Shown here piece after piece: positions 1 through 13,729 of a stretch of DNA of 64,000 nucleotides. Every line of letters starts with the position of its first letter. The first letter of the stretch is position 1. The notes under the pieces are model-generated. The model was given only the letters and a program-made list of their open reading frames with translations. It was not told the origin of the DNA and did not search any database. A program made the position numbers and the translations under genes. The stretch comes from Iphione sp. A-MEVVRFRX5 (taxonomy: Eukaryota), in contig OZ320314.1 of NCBI GenBank assembly GCA_976226885.1, positions 41,292,001-41,356,000 of the forward strand, written 5' to 3'.

Positions 1-189
1 CACCTCCAATCAAGCTGCCTTCCCACGCTCGACTGTCCGGAGTTCATTCCTCTCCATGTGCCCGCGGCAGCCGCCATTTTCCCACCCAGTCGCCTTGCTC
101 GTGGGATTAGTACAGGTAGAGTAATTAATTAGTGCCTCCGGTAATTATCGTTTGCCACTGGAAGCCACGTTGGCATGGCAACCAGGTCT

Positions 190-320
190 CATTCTGGTTC
201 TAGGTGGTGGTGGTGTTGGTGATAGTGATGGTGTTGTTCGTGGTGTGGGTGTGGGTGGTGTGGGTGTTGTTGTTGTTGGTGGTGTTGTTGTTAGTGGTAG
301 TGGTGGTGGTGGTGGTGGTC
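190..320. repeat. Low-complexity (GGT/TGT/GTT)n trinucleotide tract
   Basis: Seen directly: runs of ggt/tgt/gtt triplets; translates to Thr/Pro-rich low-complexity peptide on the minus strand (ORF 145..339). Confidence 0.85.
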
Positions 321-3300
321 CGAGTGCGTCTGTGACCACGGTTCTTATACCTGAAGCTGAAATGTAGACCCATGGACATGGCTGCCAGAGTTGATCTGAT
401 TGTGGTGAGGATGAGGTAATTGCCAGGCTAATAGAGACTGAATACCGTCATTGGCACAGGCCTTGTCACTGCGACTGTTTTACTGACTGTGGGTGTGTTT
501 GTCGCATGTATTGCCACTGCACCTGTGACAACCACTGTAGTAAGGCCGCCCTTCTAGTTATACGGCCGTACTGACTGCATGTCCAGTGCTAGCTAGGTCT
601 GAACCGAGCAGGTTTATCACTAGTATCTCTCGATCAAAAGAGTCCATCTCAGAGTCAAGCCAACCCATCAATCATTAATCCCACCCTTAGGATGAAGCCA
701 TGTCACTTTTAAGCTCATATTTTTCGATGAAGCAGCAGTCATCACCTGAAGAAATCAACGAACCATGAGGATGACCCTTGCTTTTCTCCTCGATGCTACA
801 GGTGTCAACAGACAACGGGTAATAAGAATATGTCCAGAAGGGGCATGAGGATACTACATACTTTACGAAGCCACAAATGTTCGCTGCCTCTTATTTCCAG
901 CGGGATAACTCAGCAAGAACAATATCATTTCAGTTAAAAAGTCTGAAATTAGCTTAATGTTGTTCATTTGTCCAACAAGACCGAGTGCAAATAATCAAAC
1001 CTAGACTTCAGTCCTTGAAAAGAGCCACTGACTGCCGATTCTTGCCCTTTATTCCAGCATATCTTGGTAACGGGAATGATTTTACCGTTCATGACATTTT
1101 AGATGTTGATTTCCGTTCTCCTTACCTGGGCGATTCGAGCTAAATTAATGGTTTGTGCGATTCTGCCATTTAAAACATAAATGAAGGAGAAATGCTTCCT
1201 AAATGCAAATGAACTGACAAAGACACGCGGTTCCGTGCATTTAACGAGAAAAGTAAATGGGTTCTTAAGTGTGTATGTCCGAATGTTTATATCAAGAATT
1301 CTTTATTATATTGTGCTCAAATGTATTTACCTTATCTGACGAAATAAAAGTTCCTAATACTGTGTCCGAAGTAATCGGCATCTCATCTACTATTCTTTCG
1401 TGTAACCTCCACCTATTGAAAGTTTCATGAAATGTAAAGGTCTCATTCTTCGCAAAAGTGCAAAAGACCTTAAATAAACGCTGAATGAATCAAACTGTCA
1501 TTACTTTCCCTGCTATGTTGAAGTCGGAAATCAGCAAAAGTAAAATTTGCGTTTACTTTTCAAATATTCACCACCGCCTCTCCTGACATTTACGTTCTAT
1601 GTAAAAAAAAAGTGTCATTTGCAAATGGGGCGATATCGCCTTCCCTTGGAGACAACCCTGCTGTGCAATGAAGCACAGCTCTTTCTTTTACATCAATTTA
1701 AAAATCTCTCTATACAAGGCTCACCGAAGTCTGCTGTTTGTTTGCTTCGCGTGTTTTGTTTATGTGACGGCAGCTGGTGCATATCATAATCGATTGTATA
1801 TTTGCGCAGTACCAGCTGGTGTTGCAGACATTATTCAAATTCCCCTTGGGAGTAACACCGATGAGTGGGGTGTGTTGTGACTACATATGTTGCTGTCGAG
1901 GTATAGTTTGCCCTTTTTATTAGCTGTGTTGTTAAGACCATGTTCGTGAGCAACAAAGCCTTTATGCGGCCAGGTGCGTCTGTGCACATGGATATTGTAT
2001 CCACACGTCGACTTTACGTTGGCAGAGTTGCTTTGTCCTTCGTTAATCATTATCGATAGAATCGTGAACTGTTGTCCCGGAGGCCCTTCCATATGGGTTT
2101 TCTGATCGCCCACCTATCAGTGTACATGTACGTATGTACATGTATTTTCCCGTTCTTTGTACTTTTCTGGTTTACAAGGGTTAACATCAATGAAGAAACC
2201 ATCCAGAAGTGACAGATAAAAAGAGGTGAACATGGTTCGTGGACTAATGTTGATGAATCACAGGAACCGGTGGCGGGGGAGGAGAGAGGGAGACGCTCAT
2301 ACGATTCTGTCGAGGGGAGTTGTTTGGGGTGTGTGTGTGGGGGGGGGGGGAGGGGGTGTCGGGGCATGTGTAACTAAGCACGCTGAGTCCCCAGTGCAAT
2401 GCAGACATATGGCACCTGGGTTGACTTAGTAGGTCACATATCACCAATCGATCGATGTAACCATGGTAATAGCACTGAACGTTACGAGATACAGGTCTCG
2501 ATCACAGCCAAGGGAGGTGAGTAGTTTACTGAAATGGGGGTTTGCACCAGGTAGACAATTCGGTAGAGATTGGTGCCTAAGTGCGCGGAGTTCTTCACAA
2601 ATAGAGCCACGTATATACGCCCAACTTTATGATTGTATGTATCGATGAGCATAGTTCACGTAATGTTTGTATGGTCTATTGATGCTACCAACTATTTGAA
2701 CTGTCTAATTTGTATATAATTATGCATTATGCAATATCATATTGATTTATAAAATCCCTCCCCTGCATAAATTACTTCTAACATTGACGCTATTAACTTT
2801 ACAACTCCCTGGTTACCGTATACTCAAGACAACACAGCAATTCAACAAAGGGCTCACCTGAAGTACTTTATATTCTATTCAAAACACTTCTTCCTTGTCT
2901 CATTCATGAATATTTCTGATGGTCCCTGCGGAGGGATAGGAACAGCAAGACTTACTGTATTGGAGCAGCAATAAGTAGGCGTCTTTTTGAAAATGTGGCT
3001 ATGTTTTCGATGAAAAGACAGCTAAGTTTCCTACCCAAATTGACTAGTTTAACCAAAGTTTTTCTATCAAGAGATTGTTCCTTTCTTTGTTAAATTTCAT
3101 AAAACACCTTTGCACTACGGGTTCGATGAAATACCTTATAATATATCTGGGATGAAGTTTTCTTCCGATTTCACTGTCAAGGTATGGCCAGTAGCAAGTA
3201 TAGTTGTAAATATCAGCCACAGAACACAGTCCCTACTCATTCGGTACACTTAAAAAATGTTATTACTAATGCTTTTCTTTTTGGAACATAAGCAGCTTGT

Positions 3301-6300
3301 TAAAGACATCATTAAAATGTTTCAACAGCATCAAAACGTTTTGAAATTGATCACAAAGAAAAAAATTATCAAACAACCGATCGAAAGTAGCCTAGAAACA
3401 TTTTTATTTAAATGGTTTCTGATGAAACCAGTCACGGATAATTATCGAAATACATTTGAAGAAAGTTAAGACCTCCAAGAAAGGTTACAGAAGACAGTGG
3501 ATGATTAACTGTATACGGAAAGTAAGCCCAGTCAGGAGATAGTGGCTGCAAGACCTATTCTACGGTCTGACGTTGTCAAGTATCGTGTGCATCTACTTTT
3601 TTGGCATGAATATCTCGGGTCACAGCTTGGTCTGTTCAGTAATCAAGGATTAGGAAGGTAATTGTTGATATCTGGTTAATATTTTAATATCTAGTTCAAC
3701 GGAAATGTGTAAGGAGGTTTCCCTTTTTGTAAAAATGATGGTCCGCGATAACAAATAGTTTATAATTATTAACTCTAATCGAAAGGTTTTGTGATGTGTT
3801 TAGGAAAATCGTATCTACAAAATTGCATTATTAGAATATTTAACTTGTCGTTAGGATACCCGTGTGTTGCTGAGTGCTATCTCTTCAACTCATGCTTGCA
3901 AGTCACAGCCATAGATCACCACTGGTGGCACAACTGAAAGGAGCTCCTAACATCTTTGAGGCAGTGTACTAATCGCAACATCAAAGATCTACTTGTATCC
4001 TTGAAAGACGCTTAAAGTATGAAGTAGTCAATAAAGTAGTAGATAATAATTATGAATGCTAAATCTTCAAACAGCTTGATAAGAAACGTTTCATAAACGT
4101 ACTCTACCCATGTTAGCATCCATACGACATTTGATAGATTGAAAGTCTAAGAATAACTTCTTTTGCCATCTAAATTTTGTTATATCACTGAATAATCGTT
4201 TCCTATGGATGACCTTCAGGTATGATCAACTAGATAATTTGATAGGGCATTTGTGGTTTTTACGGTTACACTGGTTTGGATAGTCACAAATACAGCATAA
4301 ATGATCCAACTATAAGGGATATCGTATTGAGACAGACCACAATAATTTACAATGATCTTTTAACCAAGTATATTGATAATGTACAAGATTTTCTTTTACT
4401 TAAACTAGATATACTTAGGTGTTGTGTTGATGGTAACACAAATATAAATGACCTTCTCTCTTCATGAAACTCTAACGTGCTCTAATCTACTATACAAATA
4501 TTCACATCTTAGATATTTGGACTGCAAATTATGAGTTGCTTGAGTATCTAAAACATCTTACTTGTAGACACTGTCCTTATCATTTTTATTTATTGATTGT
4601 GCAGTTTGGATAGTAGCAGAACAAATTCCCCGTCAACAAAAAGTGGTCCACTCATGTGGTCAATTTATAGCAGGAGCCAAACAACTGCACTAAAACATAC
4701 GCTGATTTTGAAGACAATTCATAATTCAACAGAAGAGATGCTAACCTTAACAAATGGTCATAATTATATGGTAAGTAATAATATCATCCATAATTCTGAA
4801 GATTCACACAGTATATATTCTCCATGTACTCTCCTTGTGTTGGATGCAAAGAACCTATTATTTATACTGTACTGTTGATTCTGCACACAACATGTAAAAG
4901 AAATTTGGTTGTCCTGAATTCATAAGAATGAACCATAGGTCTTAGACTAAGCAAAAAGTCACTTAAAATCTGCCAACTTTGCCATTGCAGTGGAGTGTGG
5001 CACAGGGATGCTGTGCAGTGTCGAGTGCACCGTGCGTTATGCACTGTGCGTTGATGCACTGCCGCAGAGGAGTGCTGCACTCCAGGGTGCCCTGGTCCTA
5101 AATAAGGACTGGAGTCGGGGCACCCAGGGCGATTCAGGGAAGGGATAATAACCAGCTCACAACCACCTTTTCTTGTGAATAAAGCTTCCTTATTGTACAT
5201 TGTGTCATGTCTCTGTTATGCAGCGGCCACTACACCATATGTTCCCCTACCAATAACCAAGTCTAACAATTCTATAACAATGACTAACGATAACCCAGTG
5301 CGTAAATTAATACTGATGCCGTTTAGATTATCCACTTAAAATTTCTATCATGAACTACTCACCAGCACTGACAATCAGTAGAAAGATTCACAAAGCAAGA
5401 CTCAAACAATCTATAGCCACTATATATCGTTGATCTTTCCTTTCCATGTTCATAGCCACGACCCCGGGAAGTGTTCATAACAGACAATTACAAGAACCGC
5501 AACCACCACCATTCAAGACTATTAAAATATTTTCAGATCTCATTGCATCATTTTCGTTACCAAAGTTTTGGATGAATGCAAGGTTCGGAAAAATTCATAG
5601 CACATAAAGACATGTGCATGGCAAATAAACAGTATATGTTTAGCGTACAAAATACAAGTCAATTTAGCAACGACACAGACAGTACCATTTTAAAGCTAAG
5701 CTATCAGTAACACTACACGTCAAGATTTCCAGTAATAGTGCTTTGTCAAGGATATAACCATACTGAGGGTTGATGCTTGTAGGTAGTTAATGTTAGACGT
5801 TTGATGAGTGGTGAGTGATCTGGACGGTAGCTGTCGTAACGAAAATGTCATCAGCAGCTACTAAAGCCAGTGCTAACACCAACTGCAACAGTAACACCTG
5901 CCCGTCGCAAAGTGACGCTCTGTGCAGCACCGGTTTTCTAGGAGCGACCACCAAAATATCCATGAGAGCGCTGCGGGGCTGTCTATCGATCAACAATACG
6001 GATCGATCACAATGATCAGGTGGGAGAGGGACTGGGAGGCTAGTCATGGGGCTGTTGAGACGGCTCCCCTAATGTTTATGGGTTCGTTCGTGCACTGTAC
6101 TACAGCTGCTACCACTTCACTACGTACGCAGCGGTAGGCACCACGCCTTACAGCTCAAAGCTGTCTTCTGGCAACGGACCGCCACCCCTTAAAGCACCAT
6201 CACATACCCAGAAAGCAATCCTCTTCTGATAATTCAATTTCGTCTTCTCGAACGGAACTTATATAATATCCATATGAAACGGAGAATGAAATGGTGGCCT

Positions 6301-6862
6301 GCCAATGTCACACCTATTCGGCATAATGGCATAACGTTTACATCAGCACCAGGAGCTGACAGGCACAGCAAAAAAAATGTATCACAAACGAACACAACCC
6401 CCACACCCACCCCTCTGCTTCATCACGACAAAGTAGACTTTTGTGTGAGTCCTTTCTCACCCACTAACTCATTGACCCACCAAAACCAGACACCAGACGC
6501 CATACAACATTATCCTTGCCAAATGCTTCATTACAACCCGCTCACCACTTCGTATCGACTGACACGGTGACGTCGCACAAACTAAAAGGAAAAGGCTAAG
6601 AGACAAAACCGAAGTCCTACATCGAACTGATCAGACAGATTCCATGCAACTTAACGCATAGTAGTATGGTCCATAGTACAGGGAGTCTGTTTTTTTCCGA
6701 GGAAACCCAAACCCTTCTCTTTACAATAGCTCAGCGACCCATACGTCATCTGTCAGACACCCGAGTTCCACTTGGATGACAACAATTTGAATTCTATGGA
6801 AAATTAGGTTGCTTTCAAGTTTCATGTAACAATTATTGCCATAGCTTTTTAAGATATTAGAC

Positions 6863-7850
6863 TAAATAAATAAATAAATAAACATTTATTATCCAGGGGG
6901 TCGCCCTTTTGGGTGTTATTCATCCTGTGGATACATTGGTGGGTGGTTACATTTTTCACAATATATCCAGTAGCAATTACATGATTGAGGAATGGGTATG
7001 AAGATGATGTAATTTCACAATATGATTACAGTACAAAAGCAAAACATTCTGATACACCCTAGATGTTACTAGGTCAATAGTTGAAGAGATTAAGGACAGT
7101 GATAGGACACGTTTGCTTGAAGAGATTTTTATCCGATATCATTCTGAATAAGGGGTCAAGTGAGTTCCAGTTAGCAAGGGCTTGATAGGCAATGGATTTT
7201 TTTATTCTCTGTGTTCTGGGTCTATTTAGTTTGATTAGTAAACCATCACCTTGCCTCGTTGCCCTGTTTTCTACTAGAGGGAGCATGTTCAATTGAAGTA
7301 GTGAGTGGATGATATTTAAAGTAAAAATATACTGTCTTTTCTCCAAACTGGTAATGCCATAGTACAGGTGAAGCAATTTTATACAGTCTGTGTTATACTT
7401 CTCCCTATTGATAGGAGAGTTTTTATTCATTTTTTGACATCATGAGTAGTACCCTGTTTTGTAATTTTTGCAACCTTGACAGATTAGCTTTTGTATTGCA
7501 CTCTAGGAACACAGTAGTATAATCAACTTGCATCCTAATGATGCTAGTATATAGCAGCTTAACATCTCTCACATTCAGGTAAGATTTTACTTTGTTTAAT
7601 ACATATATCTTTTTTGACATGTTGGCACACTGTTTGTTCAGTTCAAGGTCAAATTTAAGTTGCATATCAAATAAGACACCAAGATATTTGTATGATTTGA
7701 CATAGCTAATGAAGCCACCATTGATATTGATAGTATCCAACTCTGCAGTGGATACATTGTTACTTAGCACAGGTAGGATTTTTGTTTTATCTACGTTTAC
7801 TAACAGAAGATTATTGTTACACCAAGTAATAATGTCCATGCATGCCTGTT
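6863..7850 (-). mobile_element. 5'-truncated non-LTR retrotransposon (L2/CR1-group LINE), ~1 kb 3' portion
   Basis: Minus-strand ORF pieces carry LINE RT C-terminal motifs (WCNNNLLLVNVDKTK, YKYLGVLFD, LYTSII...DY, LQKLQNR, KSIAY...WNSL...FK). The minus-strand 3' end has AATAAA (6885-6890) followed by a (TTTA)5 tail (6863-6882). It begins after the YADD region, as expected for 5' truncation. Confidence 0.85.
7074..7839 (-). pseudogene. LINE ORF2 C-terminal fragment (RT thumb and downstream), frameshifted near 7425-7435
   Basis: Two overlapping minus ORFs (7423..7839, 7074..7430) in different frames that read as consecutive parts of a LINE ORF2; the shift lies at an A/T homopolymer. Confidence 0.8.
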
Positions 7851-9299
7851 TGTTTTTTTATTCAGTTCAGAAGTTGTGGCAGCAGATACAAGCACGAGAG
7901 TGTCATCAGCAAACAAGGTCATTGGATTTGAGTTGCAACTAGGGATATCGTTCATGAAGAGAGAATCTAATACTTAGAGGATTATTTTGATTTACCATGT
8001 GAAACATGATTGTGATTTGTTATGATGTGTTTTAACGCATGCAAACTAAATGTTCTAAAATTGAGAATCAGAGCAGAACCCATGGCGACCCACTAAAAAT
8101 AGCACGGTAACCCAGTTTGGGGTCATGGCCGAGGAGCCAAGAACCCTGCTATAGTCTATTTAGTGATCTGTATTAACATTTCAGTGCACTGCCTAATATA
8201 TATGTATCCATGATTTTACTCTGAACTTTACTACAAGCACGCTCCTAGTAACGCAAGCAGGGGGCCTGGCAGTTGCACTTCTTTAATAGTCAACCCGACT
8301 GAATACAAACACGTGGGCCCATCCATGAATAACTGAGCCAGGCTGCGAGACTGCCATGTTTTCGATGTACTTGCCCTCTAACCAATCATGCATTGCCCTC
8401 CGGCCGTCAGATTGACTAAACATACTGGATGTACAATGCCATTAGCAAAACATCAGTGCGTCTCTTAGGATTCCCCTGCGGAACGCACTAAAAGAATCGT
8501 GCACAAAAAAATAGCGTCCCAACCAACACCTGCTATAACCAAAAAGTTATTACCCGACCCCCACATATATGGGAACCCTCACCCCATTCCTACAAGCCAA
8601 CTCTAGACACACCCGCCCTTCCTCCAAATCTACTAATATATGGGCCGGTCGTCAACCTTTGCCAATAGAAAATTAGTTTAAATGGGACCTAGACAAATTA
8701 GCGTCCATTTGGTTGATTGAATGCGATAATTGTTAGGACAGCGTGCCTTTCCTCATTAGGGCTTTGACCACCAGGAGAGGATAGGTGGGATATAATGTAG
8801 CCGGTTCCAAGGAGCATGTAGATCGTTCAGTGGCTGATGTCTATACTGGTCTCGCCATATTATTATATTAGTGATCCTAAATGAGATAAGATTTGCCGGT
8901 TTGAAACCATGATTGAAACCGTCAAGATACTAACTACCAGGGCCCTCGCGTAAGCTTCACAAGGATCGATGCCGCTAATACAGTATAGATTACGCCCAAC
9001 CACCCATAAGAAAGGAGTTATATGTATTAAGATTTCTCATCATTTATAATTACAATAACAGTTACACGTGCATATGATATCATTAAATATATTCTAGATG
9101 CTGACATCCGTAAAAAAACTAATGGAGTTTGAAAAGAACAAGATGAAAAAATTGACATTTCTTAAGCTCCATATCTCCCTTCAAGATAATATTAAGAATA
9201 ATTTATTGATCCATCTAGTCGCTTGTATTGAGCAGTTTTCAGCGAGTAGATCTAATGATTTAACAGGTGATAAAGAGCTGATGATACAAATATAGACGC

Positions 9300-10500
9300 T
9301 ATTCGTGATGAGCATTACAATGACATAATAAAAGTTACTGTCAGGCAAGTGCTTATAACCAGGAAAGAAAATATGTTCTAAAATTAGTAATTAGAATGTA
9401 TACACTGAACTTTACTGCATCCAACAGATCCTTTCTGTCCGGGATATTTCCAATAACTGGGCCATATCCATTCCATTTCCTTGGATCAATGTATGCAATT
9501 GACTTCAGCATTTTACTAGAATTTGGTATAGGTAATGAATAGTTTTGTCTAAGCAATTAGGGATGGCATCGAGTGATAGGTCAGGAAATTTAAGTCCTGA
9601 AAGCCGAGGGCTGGAAAGAAGTGGGGCCTGAGGTTTGAGGGGTTAAATTTCTGACCCAGCATGAGATATAGTCGTTAAGTGCAGTTCTGATATTATTTAA
9701 ATGGGAATATTACCTTTTGCAGGGCATCTGTGGTTGATTCATCTTTGGACTCAGAAATGGCATGTTTACAATTACTGCCATCTTCAACTAACAATCTGTG
9801 CATGTCTGACCCAATGATGAACCTACTGAGCATGCACATTAGACAAGCATTTGGTACATTTTCAGTTTGGACTGAGCATGAAGCCCTAAAGATGCTACTA
9901 AAAGTAGTCAAAGAAATCAAAATATCCACCTGAATTACCGCTGCACAAGTCTGAAAAGTGTGTTACTATTAGTCCCTTCATCTTATTGTCACCGAAAACA
10001 AGCTATTCTGTCCATATCTCCATGGTGAAAAGTTGAGTTGACACTTAACTGCCATCTTGTTTTTTAAAAAATCCAATGAATATTTATGGCTTCTGCTTAT
10101 TAAATGAAAATGAAATAGGCAATGCTGCGTCTCTAGTTTCAATACAATCGCTGGGACATTGAAAGAATTGGAATGTCACTGCTAACCATATTAAAACCTC
10201 CATCTAGTCTCTATTCTTTTTCAGTATCTTTCTTGGCATGTAATTCGTAATATCAGATGAAATATTATGAACTGTTTTACCTGTATTAATAATGAGTTGT
10301 TTTTTATTATACCACCCAACTAGCTTGATGCAGGCAGTTTGAATTCTTAATGTTATTATTTAGGGTACTTGTCAAACATATAGAGAAGACTGTCATCTGC
10401 AGAGAGTATGCAATCTTCTTGCATTAAGTGGACCATCTTGTTAATTAACAGTGAGAATAATTGTGGCCCAAGTGTAGGCCCTTGTGTAACTCTCCTTTTC
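9300..10500 (-). mobile_element. Highly degraded LINE ORF2 remnant, interrupted by later insertions
   Basis: Manual minus-strand translation: RVTQGPTLGPQLFSLLIN...SADDSLLY (~10380-10500; degenerate QG/YADD), WYNKKQLIINTGKT (~10270-10320) and LPIPNSSKMLKSIAYIDPRKWN (ORF 9353..9556), collinear with a LINE ORF2. The middle part is not recognisable. Confidence 0.55.
9579..9656. mobile_element. Small palindromic (foldback) MITE-like element
   Basis: ggtcaggaaatttaa (9579-9593) is the reverse complement, with one indel, of ttaaatttctgacc (9643-9656); the centre contains gccgaggg. Confidence 0.5.
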
Positions 10501-10508
10501 TCTATGTT

Positions 10509-10832
10509 CCTAGAGATTCATCAGCTGATATAGGACTTCACTCTGTCTAAATGTGGTCTCTTCCCCAGTTTGGTCTCCCCTGGAGATTGGTCATTATACC
10601 TTATATCTCATCACAGAACAACGTTCTAAACGTATATGTATACTACCTACAACAATCTGACAAATCTTCCGATTCTCTGTGGAAAATCCTGCACCTAATT
10701 TATCTGTAGGTCAACGCAAATAGGATTTATAAATAGGTGCCGGATTCATGTACAGTCAAAGTGAACGTGCACTGAAGCTTTAAATGATTGAATCTGACCT
10801 AGAGAATCATCAGCTGGAATAGGACTTCACTC
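10509..10832 (+). repeat. 35-bp imperfect direct repeat pair
   Basis: 10509-10543 and 10798-10832 match at 32/35 positions by manual alignment. Confidence 0.85.
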
Positions 10833-13499
10833 ATTAAGATAGCAATCTCCGAAGATAGCAGTCAAATAAATATTTGGTCTAAGATTAAACACACGATAAA
10901 GCATGCGTTCCACTGTTGAATATTCGTCCATTGCCAAAATCGATGGGCGAGCTTTACCGATGTGTTTTAGCAGGCAATAGTCTCCTTTCTTGTGGATCCG
11001 TGTAATCTATGAATGGTCGATACTAGGTTGGATGTCCAATGTTACAACTCAGTTTTTATCGTCTTCCTATTAAACTATTGAAGTGAAATCATTGAATAAA
11101 TAGTGGAAGCTTTTATACGAAGCACCACACACGTTGACTAAAATGGCTAACAAGGTCATTTATTTAAGTTTGCCTCTATGTTCTACCTGTGTACTACATG
11201 GGGATGAAATGGGGCCACCGAGATCGGTTATCCGACTTGTGACGAGCACAAACAATAGTTCCACTGTCCCTTGAACCCGTGTATGAACTGTGACTACAAA
11301 TCAGTTGGAAGGTTAATATAATTTGTCTTTCTTCAGATGATTGTGAAAACGTTTAATCTGACACCAATGTGTGGTAATTTACTTACATTCTCCAGTGAAA
11401 AATATTAAATCACATCTTAGAATTCGGATGAGAGTAATTTCTTTGAATCAAATCGTAACCAGGGCTCCATCCCTTAAGTAAATGTGTCTTTTTCTACTCT
11501 AGAATATGTTACCTTCCACCAGACGAGGATGGGGAGCACAGTAGCTACGTAGAAAAATGTACCAGTAGATCACTTAGAATGCTCCTATACAACAGGTTAT
11601 ATCTATCAAAGTGAACCTAAAATTTGCGTCTAAAAATTCGCATCTGTTAGAGCTGGTAGCGAGCTATTCACGCATTACCACAAAAATCTGGCCAGCAGTA
11701 CTAGTTTAATGCTGCCAGCCCTCTTATAAGCTGGTTCGTTCGTTGCTTGGCAGTCATCAGGTGCCCTGACCCTTTAGACTCGCACCCCAGAAGTCTGGTC
11801 ACCTGTCTTTCAAATAACTGTGAGCAACCCACATTCAAGTATCAACTGACAATTTAGATGGCGATTTTAATTTGCTACTATTTGTTTCATGTCTATGGTT
11901 TTGATCTCAGTGTAGCATCGAATTCTTCTGCTGAGCATTTCAACTGAACTGTATTTTAAAGCTACTATCCGTCTATGCAATTTCATGGAGCAATTGCCTA
12001 GATGCTATAACCATCTTCATACCACTGAATTGAATCAAATGACAATTCTTTCTCCAATATAATGTATGGCATACATATTTGTGCTTTTTTTCTTTCAAAA
12101 ACAACTTGTGATGCTCTCTATAAAAATCCATAATCAATTAAGTCCCATCCATTTACTAATTACATTAAATGATTAGTGAATGAAAGATGCCTAATCTTCA
12201 CAAGGACCTGCAGATTATCCTTTAATACACCGGATCAATAACGATGAAAGAGAGCGCCATATTACTTATGGAGTTTCATAAGATGCGTAGAATCGATCAG
12301 TTGATGTGAAGCTCTGCATGGATTCACTTGGGCCAGCCTGTCTACCCCTCATTCAGTTCGTCTGTCATTCACTAGGTAGCAACACCGTTGCAGGTGAATT
12401 TTTGTTTTCATACCAGATGGCGGGGTAAACCAGTCGCACGAACTTCCAGATATTGAGATTATTACTGATGAACTGGTGCTCTGCAAGGGAGGAAGCAGCT
12501 GTCTATGAAACTAAGGTAGACGTGGTTAAAATGTCGAGTATACTAACGCCAGTGATGCTAGAGTGGCCATGTGCATTGCCTCCGACACACTGTCGGTGTT
12601 CTGTTAATCTATATTCTAACAGGAGGCAGCACAGTCTCGTGCAGATTTTTGCTTTCATAACACCAGGGGGCACGTATGTTCTCGAATATGATCATGTGCC
12701 ATGTGGTGAGGAAAAGCCTGAACTCTCGAGTTGTTTTGGACTTGATCCAAGTTTAAACGCGATGAGGTGTAGCATGAAACTTCGATGAGCCGTTGGAAAA
12801 GAGAGGTTTGCTAAAAGTTGGTTTTCTGTTTTGCGGTATAAGTGATGACAGATGAATCAACTGGGCAGTACAAAACAGACCCAAGTGTTACGACGTATCG
12901 AATAGATTTTCTCTCATCACAATTGGTAGTGCTAAATAAGAGATTTGCATGAAGGCGACTTGAGGTATCAAACTGCGGCAGCGACAAATACTTTCAGTAG
13001 AAAAAAACGAACTGCCTGCGCAGATCCCGAAGCGAATACATGTACAATAAACATAAATCCATAGCTTCCGGCTTAGATTAATGGTAATTATACGTCTTGT
13101 ATTGGGGTACAAGTGTACTTAGTCACCCGCGGCCTCAGGCCAATATCAGCAGACAAATACCCATAGCACATTATGGAGACAAACCCTGATTAGACCATCG
13201 ATCCATGTTTCGCTTGACTGTTTAAGGGTGGCTCTTTGTTGCTCTCCATCCACCGTGAAACCCCCAAAGACCAAAACACAGCTTGTATAGGCTAACCCTT
13301 CGCGGGGCCTGCCCCTTGGAGATCAATACGGGGTATCAAAGCTACTGCCAACTGAGTGTTGGGTGGGCAGCGGGCTGTCAATTAGTTGTGACTATGGGCG
13401 AGGCGTGAAGTGGGCAGTAGCGGGCTTCGGGTTTGGCGGTTTTATGGGCGATCAATAGCTTAACACATCGATTGGAGAAGGAACGCGCGTGTGTGTGTA

Positions 13500-13506
<7 letters not shown>

Positions 13507-13566
<60 letters not shown>
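13507..13566. repeat. (GA)30 microsatellite preceded by short (GT)n
   Basis: Seen directly. Confidence 0.97.
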
Positions 13567-13570
<4 letters not shown>

Positions 13571-13729
13571 GAGGAAGGAGTGAAAAAAGAGGGGTAGAGA
13601 ATAAGTAGAGGAATAGTAGCCCGAAGAATTAATGTTGGAGTGTGTGCTTCGCCTCGTTTAATCCCTACTGCGCGAATGAATTACACATCAGGGCTTACTA
13701 CTATATTAATATGCTCAGCACTTTGTTAA

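Noticed and set aside
5793-6047. Minus ORF with LHRASL...LALALVAADD, vaguely like a DIRS YR segment or an RT ADD motif
   Set aside because: No catalytic residues or correctly spaced second motif; similarity too weak.
9730-9933. FSVWTEHEALKMLL resembling Ty3/Gypsy RNase H (FTV.TDH.AL.WLL), or a host exon after a good acceptor at 9723
   Set aside because: Upstream residues do not fit the Gypsy motif and no partner exon or domain is identifiable.
12418-12705. Two exon-like segments with plausible acceptors and donors
   Set aside because: Stops in the joinable frames and no recognisable protein family.
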